This document shows, one piece after another, positions 38,091 through 50,475 of a DNA stretch of 64,000 nucleotides. This DNA comes from Folioceros fuciformis. Lineage: Eukaryota. The stretch is from the NCBI GenBank assembly GCA_049999805.1, contig JBNGIO010006342.1:103778-167777 (forward strand), given 5' to 3'. Under the pieces are notes generated by a model, which had not been told where the DNA came from, did not search any database, and saw nothing but the letters and a program-made list of their open reading frames with translations. Position numbers and translations under genes: made by a program. Within the stretch, counting starts at the first letter, position 1. The number at the start of each line of letters is the position of its first letter.

Positions 38091-40559
38091 GTTTTTTTCG
38101 CCCCATCCTTGGTGGGTAGAGTAACAATGTGAGCTAGTCTTCTAATGATTTACATTTCCCCCAAAGAATTTTTCCCTCTATCTTGGGTGGAAGGGTTCAT
38201 CCTAGTTTTCATTTTCATAATACAATCTCCTTTATCATATGAAAATTTATAATTTATTTAAAATGAGGTGGGAAATTCCATCTACCCAAAAAATGAGGAG
38301 GACTTGCTTGACTGCCTAAACCCTAAACCAAAAGGGGCCTACTTACCACCAGATACAATGAAGCAATGAGCCTTGCAGTTGTTGATGTTTGAAAAACAAC
38401 ATTGGCCAATGCCCTTTGCAGAGCAATGAATATGTGTTATCTAAAGAAGGCTTTTGCTTAGGAAAGGGGGAGAACCCATTTTTATGACTATGATACACCT
38501 TCGCACACTCCTTTATAAACTTTGAAAAGTCACATAAACTATAAATCGTTTGACCTTCATGAAAGGCTAGAGCAATGTATCTTACTTTACCAACCTTTGC
38601 ATTTCAGTCACCATGACAATAAAGAGAAGTTTATTAATTCTTCTTATGATTGGAGAGGAATTGTTATGAAAGGGCAAAATTTGAGATGACACCATCTTGT
38701 ATGGTATGAAGGACAATGCTTAGAATGACAACAAATTGCGTAGCATGGTCAAGCATCAACAAACAGAATAATACAAACTTTAAGAATCTAATCTTACATT
38801 TAAAACACCAGTGCAATATTCCTTGACAAATCAACATGCAATACCAGCTTAAGTTAGTCTTAGCTAGATGAGCCTCCTTACTACTTGTAAGTACTTTTAT
38901 TGCTACATCTTAATCTTGTCATAGATCTCCCAATTAAAAGAAAGAGATATTCCATTCGAATGAATGTATTAATATATATCTATATATATATCAAGATCAA
39001 TTACATAAGATCTTATTGCAAGTTACAGATTAGCACTATTCTATTTAGCAAACAAGCTAATATAAACATAAAAATTGCCAAAATTTTCTCCGTTGTTTGA
39101 ATAGAATCACTTCTGTACTACTAGAGGAGTAAACTAATTTGTGCTACTTCTCTCACTCATGCTTTCCATGAGTTTAAACATGAATCAACCCTTGCTTATA
39201 TCTCAATTCAATAGTTCATGGAAACCATGTACCACCATATAACAACACATTAAATTTATTGCAATACCATCTAAGAAAATAAAGAACAAATATGCTTAGA
39301 TTTTTGTTTTCTTTCTTATGATACCCATATTATGGTTTAGCATATCTTTTTTTTTTTCCTTTATCAATTCTAAAACTAAATGGCGAGGAGATTGGAGATG
39401 GGCTAATCCTCCTTTCCACCTTTAGTTCTCTTTGGGTTGTTTCTCCTCATTTTTTAAGTAGATGGGACATCCCCATCTCTTTAATTGCCAACTTGGCCTA
39501 TCAACAAGCCATCCCACCTTGCTAACTTATGGCATTTGTTATGTCAGTAACTTGTTTATTTATGAGAGATACATATAAAGGTTTGCATAACAAGTATCTT
39601 CTTCCATAAATGGAGCATTTACAAATCCCTTTCTTTGCCAAATATAACATTTTACGTTGTCGAGACATTTGTATAAGTGCTAATGATAATTCACAGATTG
39701 TTGTGGTTCAATTCTTTTATGTTATATTTGCTTTAAAATATGAGATTTGGTCATTAAATTTAACACATTGAGCATTCCACCCTTTTAATAGAACATACAT
39801 GTTTATTAGATTTCATGTATGACCATATATATTTTATTGTCAGTAAGTGCTTTATCTTAGATTTGCTTAGTAATGTACAGTCTATTAAGTCCAATTATTT
39901 GACAAATATAACATTCCATCCTTCCTCAGCTTGACATATTTTTGGTTCCAACAAATCTTGTATGTTGGACTAGTTTTGATGTTTTCTTTAAGAGATTTGA
40001 CAAATAGAGCATCCATGGCTATTAGGCCTTTGTTTGTAGACACCTTCTTGTTGTATTCTTTGTCTGTAGACACTTTTTATTGAGCTCTTTCTTCATTTTC
40101 TCCAAACATACAAATATCAATCCTTTACTCTGACAAAGGATTGATTATGCTGCTTTTACTCTCGCAAAGGATTGATATTTGTATGTAGAGTTGCTTTTGT
40201 TTTCATATGCCCAAACAAATATGTTTCTACAACATCTTGCTATTCTATTGATTATTTTCATCATATGGTTGTTTGTATGTGCCTAAGCAAACATAACCAC
40301 ACAAGAATTTGTTTCTCGACTCCTAATGTTTTGGTCTTCTCCTTCTCATGTAGAGTGATATCCTACTTTGAGTTGTTGCTTCTACATTGTTATCTAGAAC
40401 TCCCTCCATGAGCTAGCTTTGAGTTTCTCTTCCTTCGAAGGGGCTATGTACCCTATTTGTAGTTACTTCCCTTGAGCTGCTCCTTTTTCTCATGTAGTGC
40501 ATTGAGCTTCTTATGCTTCTCTATACCTAACTTCACCTGTATTTGGTTCCCATGCTTGA

Positions 40560-41220
40560 CTTGAATTGCATTTGCTTCCACGTGCCTAGCTCAAGTAGCT
40601 TTTGCTTCCCCATGCTTGGCTCGAGCAGCTTCTACTTCTCCATGCCTGGCTTGAGTAGCTTCTACTTCCCCATGCTTGGCTTGAGCAACTTCTACTTCCC
40701 CATGCTTGACTGAACTACTTTTGCTTCCCCATGCCTTGCTTGAGTGGCTTCCGCTTTCCCATACTTGGCTTGAGCAGCAGCTGCTTTCCCATGCCTGGCT
40801 TGAGTGGCTTTCGCTTTCCCATACTTGGCTTGAGCGGTTGCTACTTTCCCAAGCTTGGCTTGAGCAGCTATTGCTTTCCCAAGTTTGGCTTGAGCAACTG
40901 TTGCTTTCCCAAGTTTGGCTTGAGTAGCTACTACTTTCCCAAGCTTGGCTTGTGTAGCTATTGCTTTCCCAAGCTTGGCTTGAGTAGCTATTGCTTTCCC
41001 AAGCTTGGCTTGAGCAGCTACTGCTTTCCCATGCCTAGCTTGAGCAGCTATTGCTTTCCCATGCCTAGCTTGAGCAGCTACTGCTTTCCCATGCCTGCCT
41101 TTAGCAGCAATTGCTTTCCCATGCCTGCNNNNNNNNNNGCTTTCCCATGCCTGCCTTTAGCAGCAATTGCTTTCCCATGCCTGCCTTTAGCAGCAATTGC
41201 TTTCCCATGCCTGCCTTAGC
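40560..41220. repeat. 30-bp minisatellite array (~20 copies, includes a gap)
   Basis: Unit TGAGCAGCTAYTGCTTTCCCAWGCYTGGCT. It produces spurious periodic ORFs. Confidence 0.95.
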
Positions 41221-41711
41221 TACTCTTGCTTCCAACTACCTAGTAGGCCTATACAAGAGCTTACTACTTCACCCTTGTTGAATTTGGTGGGGAATGTGAC
41301 TTTTCTCCTCTCTCTAAGAAATTGAAACAAGAGTACACTTTTTCTCTCTCTAAGATAGGGCTAGAGCGACGGCTAGGGCAAACCACCACCCTCACTAGAA
41401 AGAGGAGCCCCTGCAGTGAGACTCTAACCCTCCCCTCCCTCATGAGGACCTAAAATCCTATGTGAGGTCATAGGTAGACGTTTCTCTCCCATGATCGAGT
41501 GCATTGTAAAACTCCAGTGTTTTTATCGATCTCTCAAATTTGGGGCGTGCTCAGCGGACCAGAGTTGGGACTAGTTCAAAGCCACGCGTCCGTGGAGTGA
41601 GGCGATCCACACTTGTCAACAGCGGCTTTCTCCAGTGTGACCTTCATCTTTGACCATTGGGGTGGTGTGACCTGCCTTTTGGATTGCGAACAGCGGCCTC
41701 AGCTCGTAGAC

Positions 41712-44317
41712 ATGGCGCGCAAAGGTTTTTCTCAGCTTCATGTTCCATGCCTGTTTGTCTTGCCTTCTCAAGTAGTTCTTAGGCTAGCTTCTCTTCGACA
41801 TAGGTGATATTCTAGTTATTTTGATTGCGATTGAACTCTACTGATTATCAGGTTGCTAATGCCCTTTGTTATTGACACTCGGTAGCAAGTGCACGTGCGA
41901 ACAAGATTGGCAAGCAAGGAAAAGGCAGTGACGACAGGAAATTTGCGAAAGGCAAGAGAGCGGCCAAGTCCAACGCAGGGAAAATTGAAAATCCTGATGG
42001 CGAGTTGGGGCTAGGTACTTCATTACAGCTCTCTATCTGCACCGTATGTCTAGGTTTTGCGGTTCAAGGGCGTTGCTATGCTCGTTCGAAGTAGGTTTTC
42101 AGGTCTTTGACTGGCATGCCAGACATGGATGTCAAGGGGCCTGTTTGGCGATTCCGGAGCGAATCTAGTGGAGGATCACCCTAAAAAGTTAAGGACCTGA
42201 AGACTTAAATGTACGGATTTGAGGTCTAGAAGGTCCTGGTAAGGTGGTCTTCAATTGTGGGTCTGATACTGGGGCAGTGTTGGATGACTGCCTGTGTACT
42301 ATTTCGCGTGTGATTTCAGAGCAGAAGAAGAAGTCACGGAAGAAAAAGCAGGACGTCCACCAAGAGGTTGATGATGTTTCGGCGAGAAATGTTGGGGCTT
42401 ATGAAAGCGAGAAGAAGAAAACTCCACCAGCTCGAGTTCATTCTGGTCCAGACGAATCTAGGCTTGAGAAAAGTCTTTCGTTGAAGAAGCGAGCTACCCA
42501 GCCAGCTCCGAAGAAGATGGGACGTAAAATAAAAAAAGTGGCTACCCCTAAGGTGAAAGCACCCTCCGCTTCAGCTCATGTTGCGCAGAAGGAGGAGGGC
42601 AATAGGAATGAGAAGGAAACCAAGCAGGCCGTAGTTGAAGTGGGTGAAGGAAAGAAAGGGGAGGAGGTTGGCGAGGACCAGGGAGGAGGCCCGAAGAAGC
42701 AGGAGACGTTTCAGAAGAGCGGAGCATCACCTGCAGGGAGGGCCCCTCAGAGGAAAGGGAAAGAGAAGAAGCAAGAGGCCAGCTCTCGAACTCGAGCGGC
42801 GTCCCCTTCAGAAGAAGCTAAACCGAAGAAGAGGGGGCGAGCAAACCAGCAAGAGGAGGTCCCTTCCGCTTCAGATGGCGGTAAGGAGAAAACGAAGGGG
42901 AGCAAGAAATCTGATGTCGGTGAATCAGCTTTGGCTGCGGATCAGGTGGAGCAGGAACCTTCGAATAAGCGCAAAAAGGCCGCAACCGAGGCACCAAGTC
43001 CACGTACACCATCCAAACGACCTGGGTTACGAAGTAGTGCCCCGACTACTAGTGAAAGCGAAGTGGAGAAAGTCAAGTCCGCAGGAAAGAAGAGAGGCAA
43101 CGAGTTGGAGGTAACGGAGAAGGAGACAACAGCGAAGAGACTCAAGGTTTCGAAGAAAGAAACTAAGGCCGGCAAGGAGGAAATGTCTAAGACGAAAGCA
43201 AAGTCGAAGGAGCGAAAGGGGAAGAAGAATTCAAAATTGAAGGACGAAGCAGAGGTTGCTTCAAGTGAACCTGAAGCTGAATCGGAAGAGGAAAGCCAAC
43301 CAACTGCAAAGCCGGTTGGAAAAGCACATCCTGAGATTGGGAATGCGTTGCCGCGAAGATCGACCAGGAGCAAAAAATCAGCCGCCGAAGGAATTCAGCA
43401 AGGCCCTATCTCGAAATCAGATGATGGGTTTAATCGGACGGATGTTGGCGAAGACAACGAGAAAGCACAGAAAGATTCTCCAGGTGCGGAAGGAGAGGGC
43501 ATCGGATTAGACGCTGCCCGTGTCAAACACGACGATGCGAAGCGAGACATTGTGGGGGGCGAGGCTGAAGTTGTGACAGCTGAGGAGGGAAAACCGAGCT
43601 CGGACGAGGTGATTTCAGAGAAGCCTGGTGAGTTTGACAGAAAAGTGCTGATCAACAGGGCCCCGGTTATCACATTGTGGGTGCCGGTCGTGGCACAGAG
43701 GGAAGGGTATAAATTCGAGGAAGGATTAACTTTTGGCAGGGCAATTTCTGGAATGTATGCGCAAGCCAAAGGGAAGCGGCTAGGTCTCATAGGAGACATT
43801 GCGGAGGGAGAGGAGAAACGGGAATTGCGGCAACGAGCCAAGGGGGATCTAGAACAGGTGGAGGTTTTCGGAACTAGGTTGCGAGCTAAAAGGATGGAGG
43901 ATGGGCAACTCTTGGCTGTGGATCAAAGCGGCAAACATATTTCTCCTTCTTCAGTCCTTGGCTACGTTAAGAGAGCATTTGGTTCAGATTTTGAGGCAGT
44001 GAAAGGTATGCGAACGTTCTGTATGACACCTGTTACCGAATTTTGTGTGCTTCTGTGGTTGGCTCCAATGAATTCAGGCCTACTTCACAGTTATTGTAGC
44101 AGACGCTGAGTTGTTTGATGGTTCGCATCTTGCTTTTGAAGGGGCAATGGAGAAGCTGGCAAGTTCATTACCCCAGGAGGAAATCGGGAGAGCTGGGTAC
44201 AGGCTATATGAGAAGTTTAGACCCCGTGTTTCGGAAGGTGTGAAGGGGTGGGGTACCAAGGGCATTCTTGACCTTAACAACCTCGTTCATCTAGCCGAAG
44301 AGCAACACACGCCGTGA
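41712..44317 (+). CDS. Lys/Glu-rich disordered protein with a conserved ~170-aa C-terminal domain of unknown function (INRAP...YEKFRP..GWG.KG.LDL). Probable exons 41712-41724, 41886-~42014, ~42320-44005, 44142-44317
   Basis: The 621-aa ORF plus phase-consistent upstream and downstream exons. Globular tail VLINRAPVITLWVPVVAQREG..AQAKGKRLGL..YVKRAFG..MEKLASS..YRLYEKFRPRVSEGVKGWGTKGILDL. Confidence 0.75.
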
Positions 44318-44881
44318 CACTGTTTCCGTATTATGTGTACGCAAGTCAGGTGGGGTAGACCACTGGGACATGCGGGGCTTAAGATCGACAAAATGCTTCA
44401 GATGAGTGAGCTGTTGCCATTGCTGACCAGTATAAGGCTGGTGGCAGTGGTGGGGGTAATGTTAATCAGGAGTTTGATACGTCTCGCAATCAACCTGAAT
44501 TGCCAGCTCGTTGGTTGGAACCAGGACCACAAAACGCTGAAGTCGCGCGGTAGTTGTTCCTTGATTGCCGGCAGTGTGTTTTGCATTACCCCCCTAATCC
44601 CTAAGCTCTTTCCCAGGCAACTTATCTTCGGAGTGACCGGGAGTCATGTGAGAGACATTGCTGACGGGGAGGACATGGAGTGCAATCCTACCAGATTCCT
44701 GCCAAATGCTTTGTACGCGCATTGCACACAGCTACCTACTCATCACATCGCGAGTCTCACATGACAGGGACCGATGGAAGGACAGTGGATGTCAGAGGTA
44801 TTTAACAGCAGCAAACGAAGTCGCCGGCAACATCACAGATTCTCTGAGAGCTCGCCCTTTTTCAGTGACCAGACGAACACC

Positions 44882-45199
44882 ATGGCTCGTTACAGTGAAG
44901 CCGCATGCAGTCTTGCCGTGGGCATCTTTCTGGTGCTGGCGATCTATCTTAGCAACCATCCGGTAGCAGCAACAGACGAAACATGCGATATGGCATCACT
45001 GGCCATGGCTTGTGTCACGAACGGAGGAGTTTCCGACAGACCCTCAGACACCTGCTGCAACTCCATTAATGGGGCAGGCCTCCCCTGCCTCTGCAATGTT
45101 CTGAAGAGGATCAACATTCCTTCCAGCAGTCCGCTCATTGCCAGCTATGTCTCTGCATGCAACGTTCCAGTGCCCAGCGGCTACGCGTGTCCCAAGTGA
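44882..45199 (+). CDS. Non-specific lipid transfer protein (8-cysteine motif) with signal peptide
   Basis: Signal peptide MARYSEAACSLAVGIFLVLAIYL; C-x8-C...CC...CLC...C...C pattern ending ACNVPVPSGYAC. Confidence 0.9.
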   Translation: MARYSEAACSLAVGIFLVLAIYLSNHPVAATDETCDMASLAMACVTNGGVSDRPSDTCCNSINGAGLPCLCNVLKRINIPSSSPLIASYVSACNVPVPSGYACPK

Positions 45200-47056
45200 T
45201 CTCGTGTGCTTCCTAGGTTGCACTCTCAGATTTGTCTCCTACACAACAACTTCAAGACAGGAATGCAATTTCGCAGAGAACTGGCCTCTAGTATATTCTC
45301 AGCATAGGTTTAGCAGGACCGTGTTGATGTGCGAATAATGACTAGGAGGTAGCCATATACCCAGTGTTCTTGTCTCTCCCTATGCTGGCTTTGCCTTGGT
45401 TGTATGCCGGCTCTATAAGGCATACGAAATCTAAAGTGTAAGTACAAACATGGTCGCAAAGGTCTGAATCAGTTGATCGAAAGTCTCAGCCGTCCGTCTC
45501 CATTCCGTGCAGGTGTACGTGTCCTTAACACCTGCATGCCTCAAGTGAAACGACCATAAAGTGTGACTTCTGAGGTATAATCTTGTCAAGTGATGGTTCG
45601 CTGTAGGAAACGAAGTCCAAGGCTGCACCCACTGCCCCACGCACACTCACTCCGGAGTGATTTCTCCGCTTATGTGTTACAGGCATCATCGGGGTCCAAA
45701 CCCAGCTTGGATTTGCACATTTCCAACTTGCGATGTTCTGTGTCTGCTGTTTCTGCCCCATCAGGAGTAATCTGAACGTCGACAGACCTTTCAGTCAAGG
45801 CATCTGTGTCACTCTGCTGATCCCGCCCTTCTACGAGGCGCTCCCAGGAGAAGAGTCGTTTTATTTTTAAAATTTGATATCCCCCGCCTTTAATTTCGAT
45901 TCCCAGATTGTAGAACGTGAGTCCTGACATTGCACGTTGCATTCGTCAAAAGTAAAATTCAGTATGTTTTTCCCCAGTCCTTGCGCTGCATGTGGAATAC
46001 CGATGCAAACAAGCAGCGCGCAGTCCGGTTTTCTTTTTTTCCTCAACCAAATATTATGGGCCACCTCGTGCCTCCATATGTTCTTTAGGGTTGCACCGTC
46101 ACCTCAGGTATTACCACACTCTACGGACTTTTTTTTCCTTCTAACGTTGCCAAGGTTGTGGATGGATCAAGAACAATCTAATATTCTTTTGTGGACTAGA
46201 ACAAACACACTCGATTCTTTCTTCCCGGTCCACAACCTTAGTGTGTCCATGACAGATCTCCTAGCAAATGGAAGATCCTGATTGCTTGGCAAATGGTCTT
46301 GCATATTGTTGTCGCAAAGAACAAGTGAAGGGTGTATTTGAGGATAGCATATTCAGGTTGACCCGGCCTTCGTATCTAGCACTTTGTAACCTCCTTTGTA
46401 GCCGTGGCTGGCCTAATCTGATTTTTTTCCACGAAACAAAAAAGATGCAGATGCCTTGTAGATTGTAGGACCTACAATCGGCACCTAGTGTAGATTGCCT
46501 TGCAAAGTACGTTTTAGATTGTCCTTGCACACTACTTTGCAAATTGTCCTTACTCAATGCATTGCAGATTGTCCTTGCAACTTTCCTAGTAGGTTGCCCT
46601 GCAAATTGCGAATCACAATCAATGTCACTCAATCACATACCCTTGGGTGAGTAGCCACATGGTAGGATTTGAGGGGTTGAGATCACCTTGCAGATGGCCT
46701 TAGGGGTTGCAAGAATAAAGTGCCAAGCTCATTCTAATTGTAGCTTTCCTTGTAGATGGTAGGTCCAGATTGCCTAGCAGATAGCCTTGCACATTGTAGT
46801 AGCAAAGAACAGTTACAGGGTGTATTCGAGGATTGCATGTGCAGGTTGCCTTGTAGATTGTAGGTGCATATTGCCTTGTAGACAGTGTTGCAAATTGTTC
46901 CTGCAGATTGCCCTGCAAATTGTGATTATGCATTGCCTTGCAACTGGCCTTCCATATTGCCTTGTAGGTTGCATATTCCAATCTTAGTTGCTGAAAATGA
47001 CTTACATAGTCACCCTTGTGTGGGTTGTGTAGGCATGGTAGGTTGCCCATAATAAT

Positions 47057-47428
47057 GTGTATGCTAAGGGCTTAGAGGGTATGAGCTTCCTTCCCTACAT
47101 GTATCGGCTTCACCTAGCTTTAACGAGAGAGTGCAAGAGTATGAGGCTTCACTTGGCTTTAATGAGAGAGTGCAAGAGTACGATGGAGCCACTACGAGGA
47201 TGCGACTCTTGCAAAGTGAAGCCTAGGAATAGTCTAGCGTCAGCTAGTCAACAGCTAGGCTAAGTTAAATAAGTTTTAGCTAGGGCTAGTTAGCCTAATG
47301 TGAAAAGACACATAATTACAAACTACCTAACCGCCATAGCTTATGGCATAAGACACTAGACCCTTGTTTGTATGTACACGATTATTCTCAAGCAAAATGC
47401 TCCTCCTAATTTTGTATGGTATCAGAGC
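47057..47428 (+). mobile_element. Probable LTR remnant followed by a tRNA-iMet primer-binding site
   Basis: TGGTATCAGAGC at 47417-47428. Upstream sequence 47065-47180 resembles 55230-55335. The left boundary is uncertain. Confidence 0.5.
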
Positions 47429-47438
47429 TAAGAACACT

Positions 47439-50400
47439 GTCTAACCCAAAAGGGCGGATTCCATGAAGCCCGTTTTGCACATTTCAAATTTGTCGCGATC
47501 CGCGCTTATTATCTACAAATAATCTAATATAACAAACAATGACTCCTCCGACATGTCATCTAAATTTTTTGTTCCTATAAACGTCAATGAAACAAACATT
47601 TTTGAAGAAAACTTTTTGTATCGTCTCTGCAAAATTTGATTTTCCACAATAAAAAAGGTATGGTGCGCCGGTCAACCGGCGCACAATTTTCAAAAGTACA
47701 TTAAATTTCTTGACAACAAATTTCAAATTTCAAATTAAGTGAAGTCTCGACCCTAAACAAAAACAGGGTCATCCTGGTTCGCTTCAAAGTCCACAACCAC
47801 ATCCAAATCATGCAAATGATGCACATCAGTTTCTGCAAAGTCATCGGCACCCACCTAAAGCACCGAGAAGTTCGGGTCCTTTGTAGTTTGAGGCGGCAGA
47901 GTGCAATTCTCATCCCAGACAGTGTTGGCGTACAGGTCTTCCGCGGGCCTATCATCAATCTGATGTATAACCTCTCCTTTCTTAACCTCTCTTTTGGGTT
48001 TCGTTTTTTAATTCCATGATATTTGCTGCAAATGTTCCCAGTTTGTTGTAGTTTAACGAGTTGCAAGGAGTGCGCCGGTATACCGGCGCACTCCAGCCGG
48101 GTCATGCGAAGTGTGCTGGTCTACCAGCGCATTGCTGCCAGTAGAGGACAAGTGCGCCGATCTACCGGCACAATTGTTTTTAATGCATGTGTGCGCCGGT
48201 CCACCGGTGCACACACGGAGACAAACGTTTGTGCTTGCTGACTTAATTTCTCGTTCACTTCAGAGGGTTTCGAAAGCGATTTAAAAGTACACCGACAAAA
48301 ACTGAAGGCGGAGCGGGAGAAGAGTATTAAGCACCGTGTTAAATGCTATGGCGATCCAGCCAAATACCTGGGGTTGTCGATCGATGGAATGGCAAAAAAC
48401 TCAAATTCCCCATTTCGTGCGACTTCCAAAGCACTTGGCGGACGTTGACCTCATCGACGTCCATGTTGTGGGATGCATGGTGTACAACAGCACAATGTCG
48501 CCTAAGCTCTTCTTAGAGTATCCAAATGTACGGAACGACGCAAACTTAACGATTTCTATTATCTAGAATGTGATTCACGTGTACATTGGCCTTCTTCCAG
48601 GAGTTCTGTACTTGCAGCTGGACAACACAGCAAGAAAGAACAAAAACGCTTTGCTATTTTCATATCTGAATATATTAGTGGAGAAAGGAATCTTCAAGAA
48701 GGTGAAGGTGGGTTTTTTACTAGTGGGCCACACGCACGACCTGGTGGACCAGATGTTCTCCCGTTTTTCGACGGCTCCGGGAAGGAAAGAAGCACTGACT
48801 TTACCAACAGTCATGGCTGTTATGCAGAGTTCTTACACACCTACCCCAGTAGTGCACGAAGTGAAGGAGGTTCCACACTTTCGGCAATTTGTCTGGCCTA
48901 TACCTTACGGAAAAGCCGATTATCAGAATGTGTCAGCTATTCACCCACTGCACAATATTTTGTTCCAACACCAGTTCAAGATCACAAGGGAGAGTCGAGG
49001 TGAATGGGGCTTCATAACTGTGAGGCGCGGGAAGCAGTATTGTAGAGACAAATTTTGGTCGCTAGATGAGGGTATCGAGTTTCTGAAGCATATTCTGGAC
49101 ACAAATATCAAAGCTGCTCCATTTTTACATCTACAATGCAGGAGCAAAAAAAGGAGGACAATTGTGGACAATGTCATTGAATTTCATCTGGCACAAATCA
49201 GGTCAAAACTGGAGATGCGATTACAAGAACACTTAGGACCAGGCGAGAACTTGTGGTGGGATGGGTTTTGGGCAGAGCAAGAGGCTATCGTGCATTCCAT
49301 AAACTTCGATGTAGACAGAGACCTTGATTCTCCTTGGCGGTGGTATAATCGGGAGGTGGCAGAAATATTGAACACACCCGTTACTATACCAAACGAAATG
49401 GTTGTTCAGCATCCACGCATCCGCGAGATTCCTAGAAGAAACATGTATGTGGGGGTATACCGTAGGGAGACGGACCTCAATGACGACCGTGAGAGTTTGA
49501 ATGGGGATATAACCGAAATAGAAAAAGGGCATATGATTGCAATCCCTTGCGAGACTGACGAAGACAACATGCCATTTTGGATTGCCAAAGTCTTAGAGGC
49601 AAGTATTACATGCGAAAAACCATGTCAAAGTGCACTGGTGGGTAACCAAATGTTCAGATGCTTTTGAGGGTCGTTACCAAGAAGAGACGATTGTACCAGA
49701 TGAAGCTCTGCCAAGAGGGTTACGGGGCGGTCGCAGACACAAGTCAAGCAGAAGACTTCAGAAGCACGTAGATACCTTATTCATTGAAGACACTTTTATT
49801 CTAGCATATGGATTTGACTTGACACGCCAAAAATAGCTTTCCTCCTGAACGAGGGCTATCATTCGAAGGAACCTATATGTCCTCAATCGCGACCAGGGTA
49901 TACTACCTCCTGAGAATAATGAAAAATTGTAAGACTTTCAGATGAAAGTGTTTAGTACAAAATAATTTGATAATTTTGGTATGTGGCAACAGTCAAGTTC
50001 CGTTTTCCACTTGACATACTTGTGCCAATGTGCGCCGGACAACCGGCGCCTTTTTTCTTAAGAGTGCGCCGGTCTACCAGCGCACTCCCGTTTGTTCCGC
50101 GTCGTGTTATGTGCGTTCTATTTCACCACTGTTTCTAAAAAAGGGTTATAGATATCTACAGTTGATAATTATGAGAAATAGGGTCACCTACTGTGAGGTA
50201 TCGCTCAAACACCTATGACCTTACATGGAATCCGATAACACATGAATTACGTAGTACTCGCCATATTACTGGGTTTTGTCATGTATTTGTTTGCAATAAC
50301 ACCTGCAAATTTGCTAGTATTTTGGAACCAATTGATGATTACATTTATAATGAACACTTTTTTTCGCCACATTTCGGGTTCTCTAGACAAAAACACACGA

Positions 50401-50475
50401 AAATTTGGATATCTGACATGATTTTTAAGCGTTAAAATGTTGCGAAGCCCGAAATGGCGGAATACGACCGTCTAA
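47439..50475 (+). mobile_element. ~3-kb TIR DNA transposon with a disrupted DDD transposase (Sola-like, superfamily tentative)
   Basis: Left TIR GTCTAACCCAAAAGGGCGGATTCC; degenerate right TIR ~50459-50475. Transposase motifs LSIDGM, LYLQLDNTARKNKN and FLLVGHTHDLVDQMFS. Internal GTGCGCCGGNNNNCCGGCGCAC palindromes. Confidence 0.75.
48265..49836 (+). pseudogene. Transposase pseudogene (frameshift ~48395, in-frame stop 48564-48566, further frameshift ~49600)
   Basis: Segments ...KYLGLSIDGM / TQIPHF..HVVGCMV..NDANLTISII* / LPGVLYLQLDN..GHTHDLVDQMFS..PFWIAKV are broken by frameshifts and a stop. Confidence 0.75.

Noticed and set aside
40706-41219. Periodic ORFs (LEQLLLSQVW / SSYCFPKLGL repeats; also 35149-35586)
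   Set aside because: They are translation artefacts of 30- and 45-bp tandem repeats.
45431-45950. Coding-looking minus-strand stretch next to the nsLTP
   Set aside because: It has multiple stops and no identifiable family. It may be a pseudogene fragment but is unsupported.
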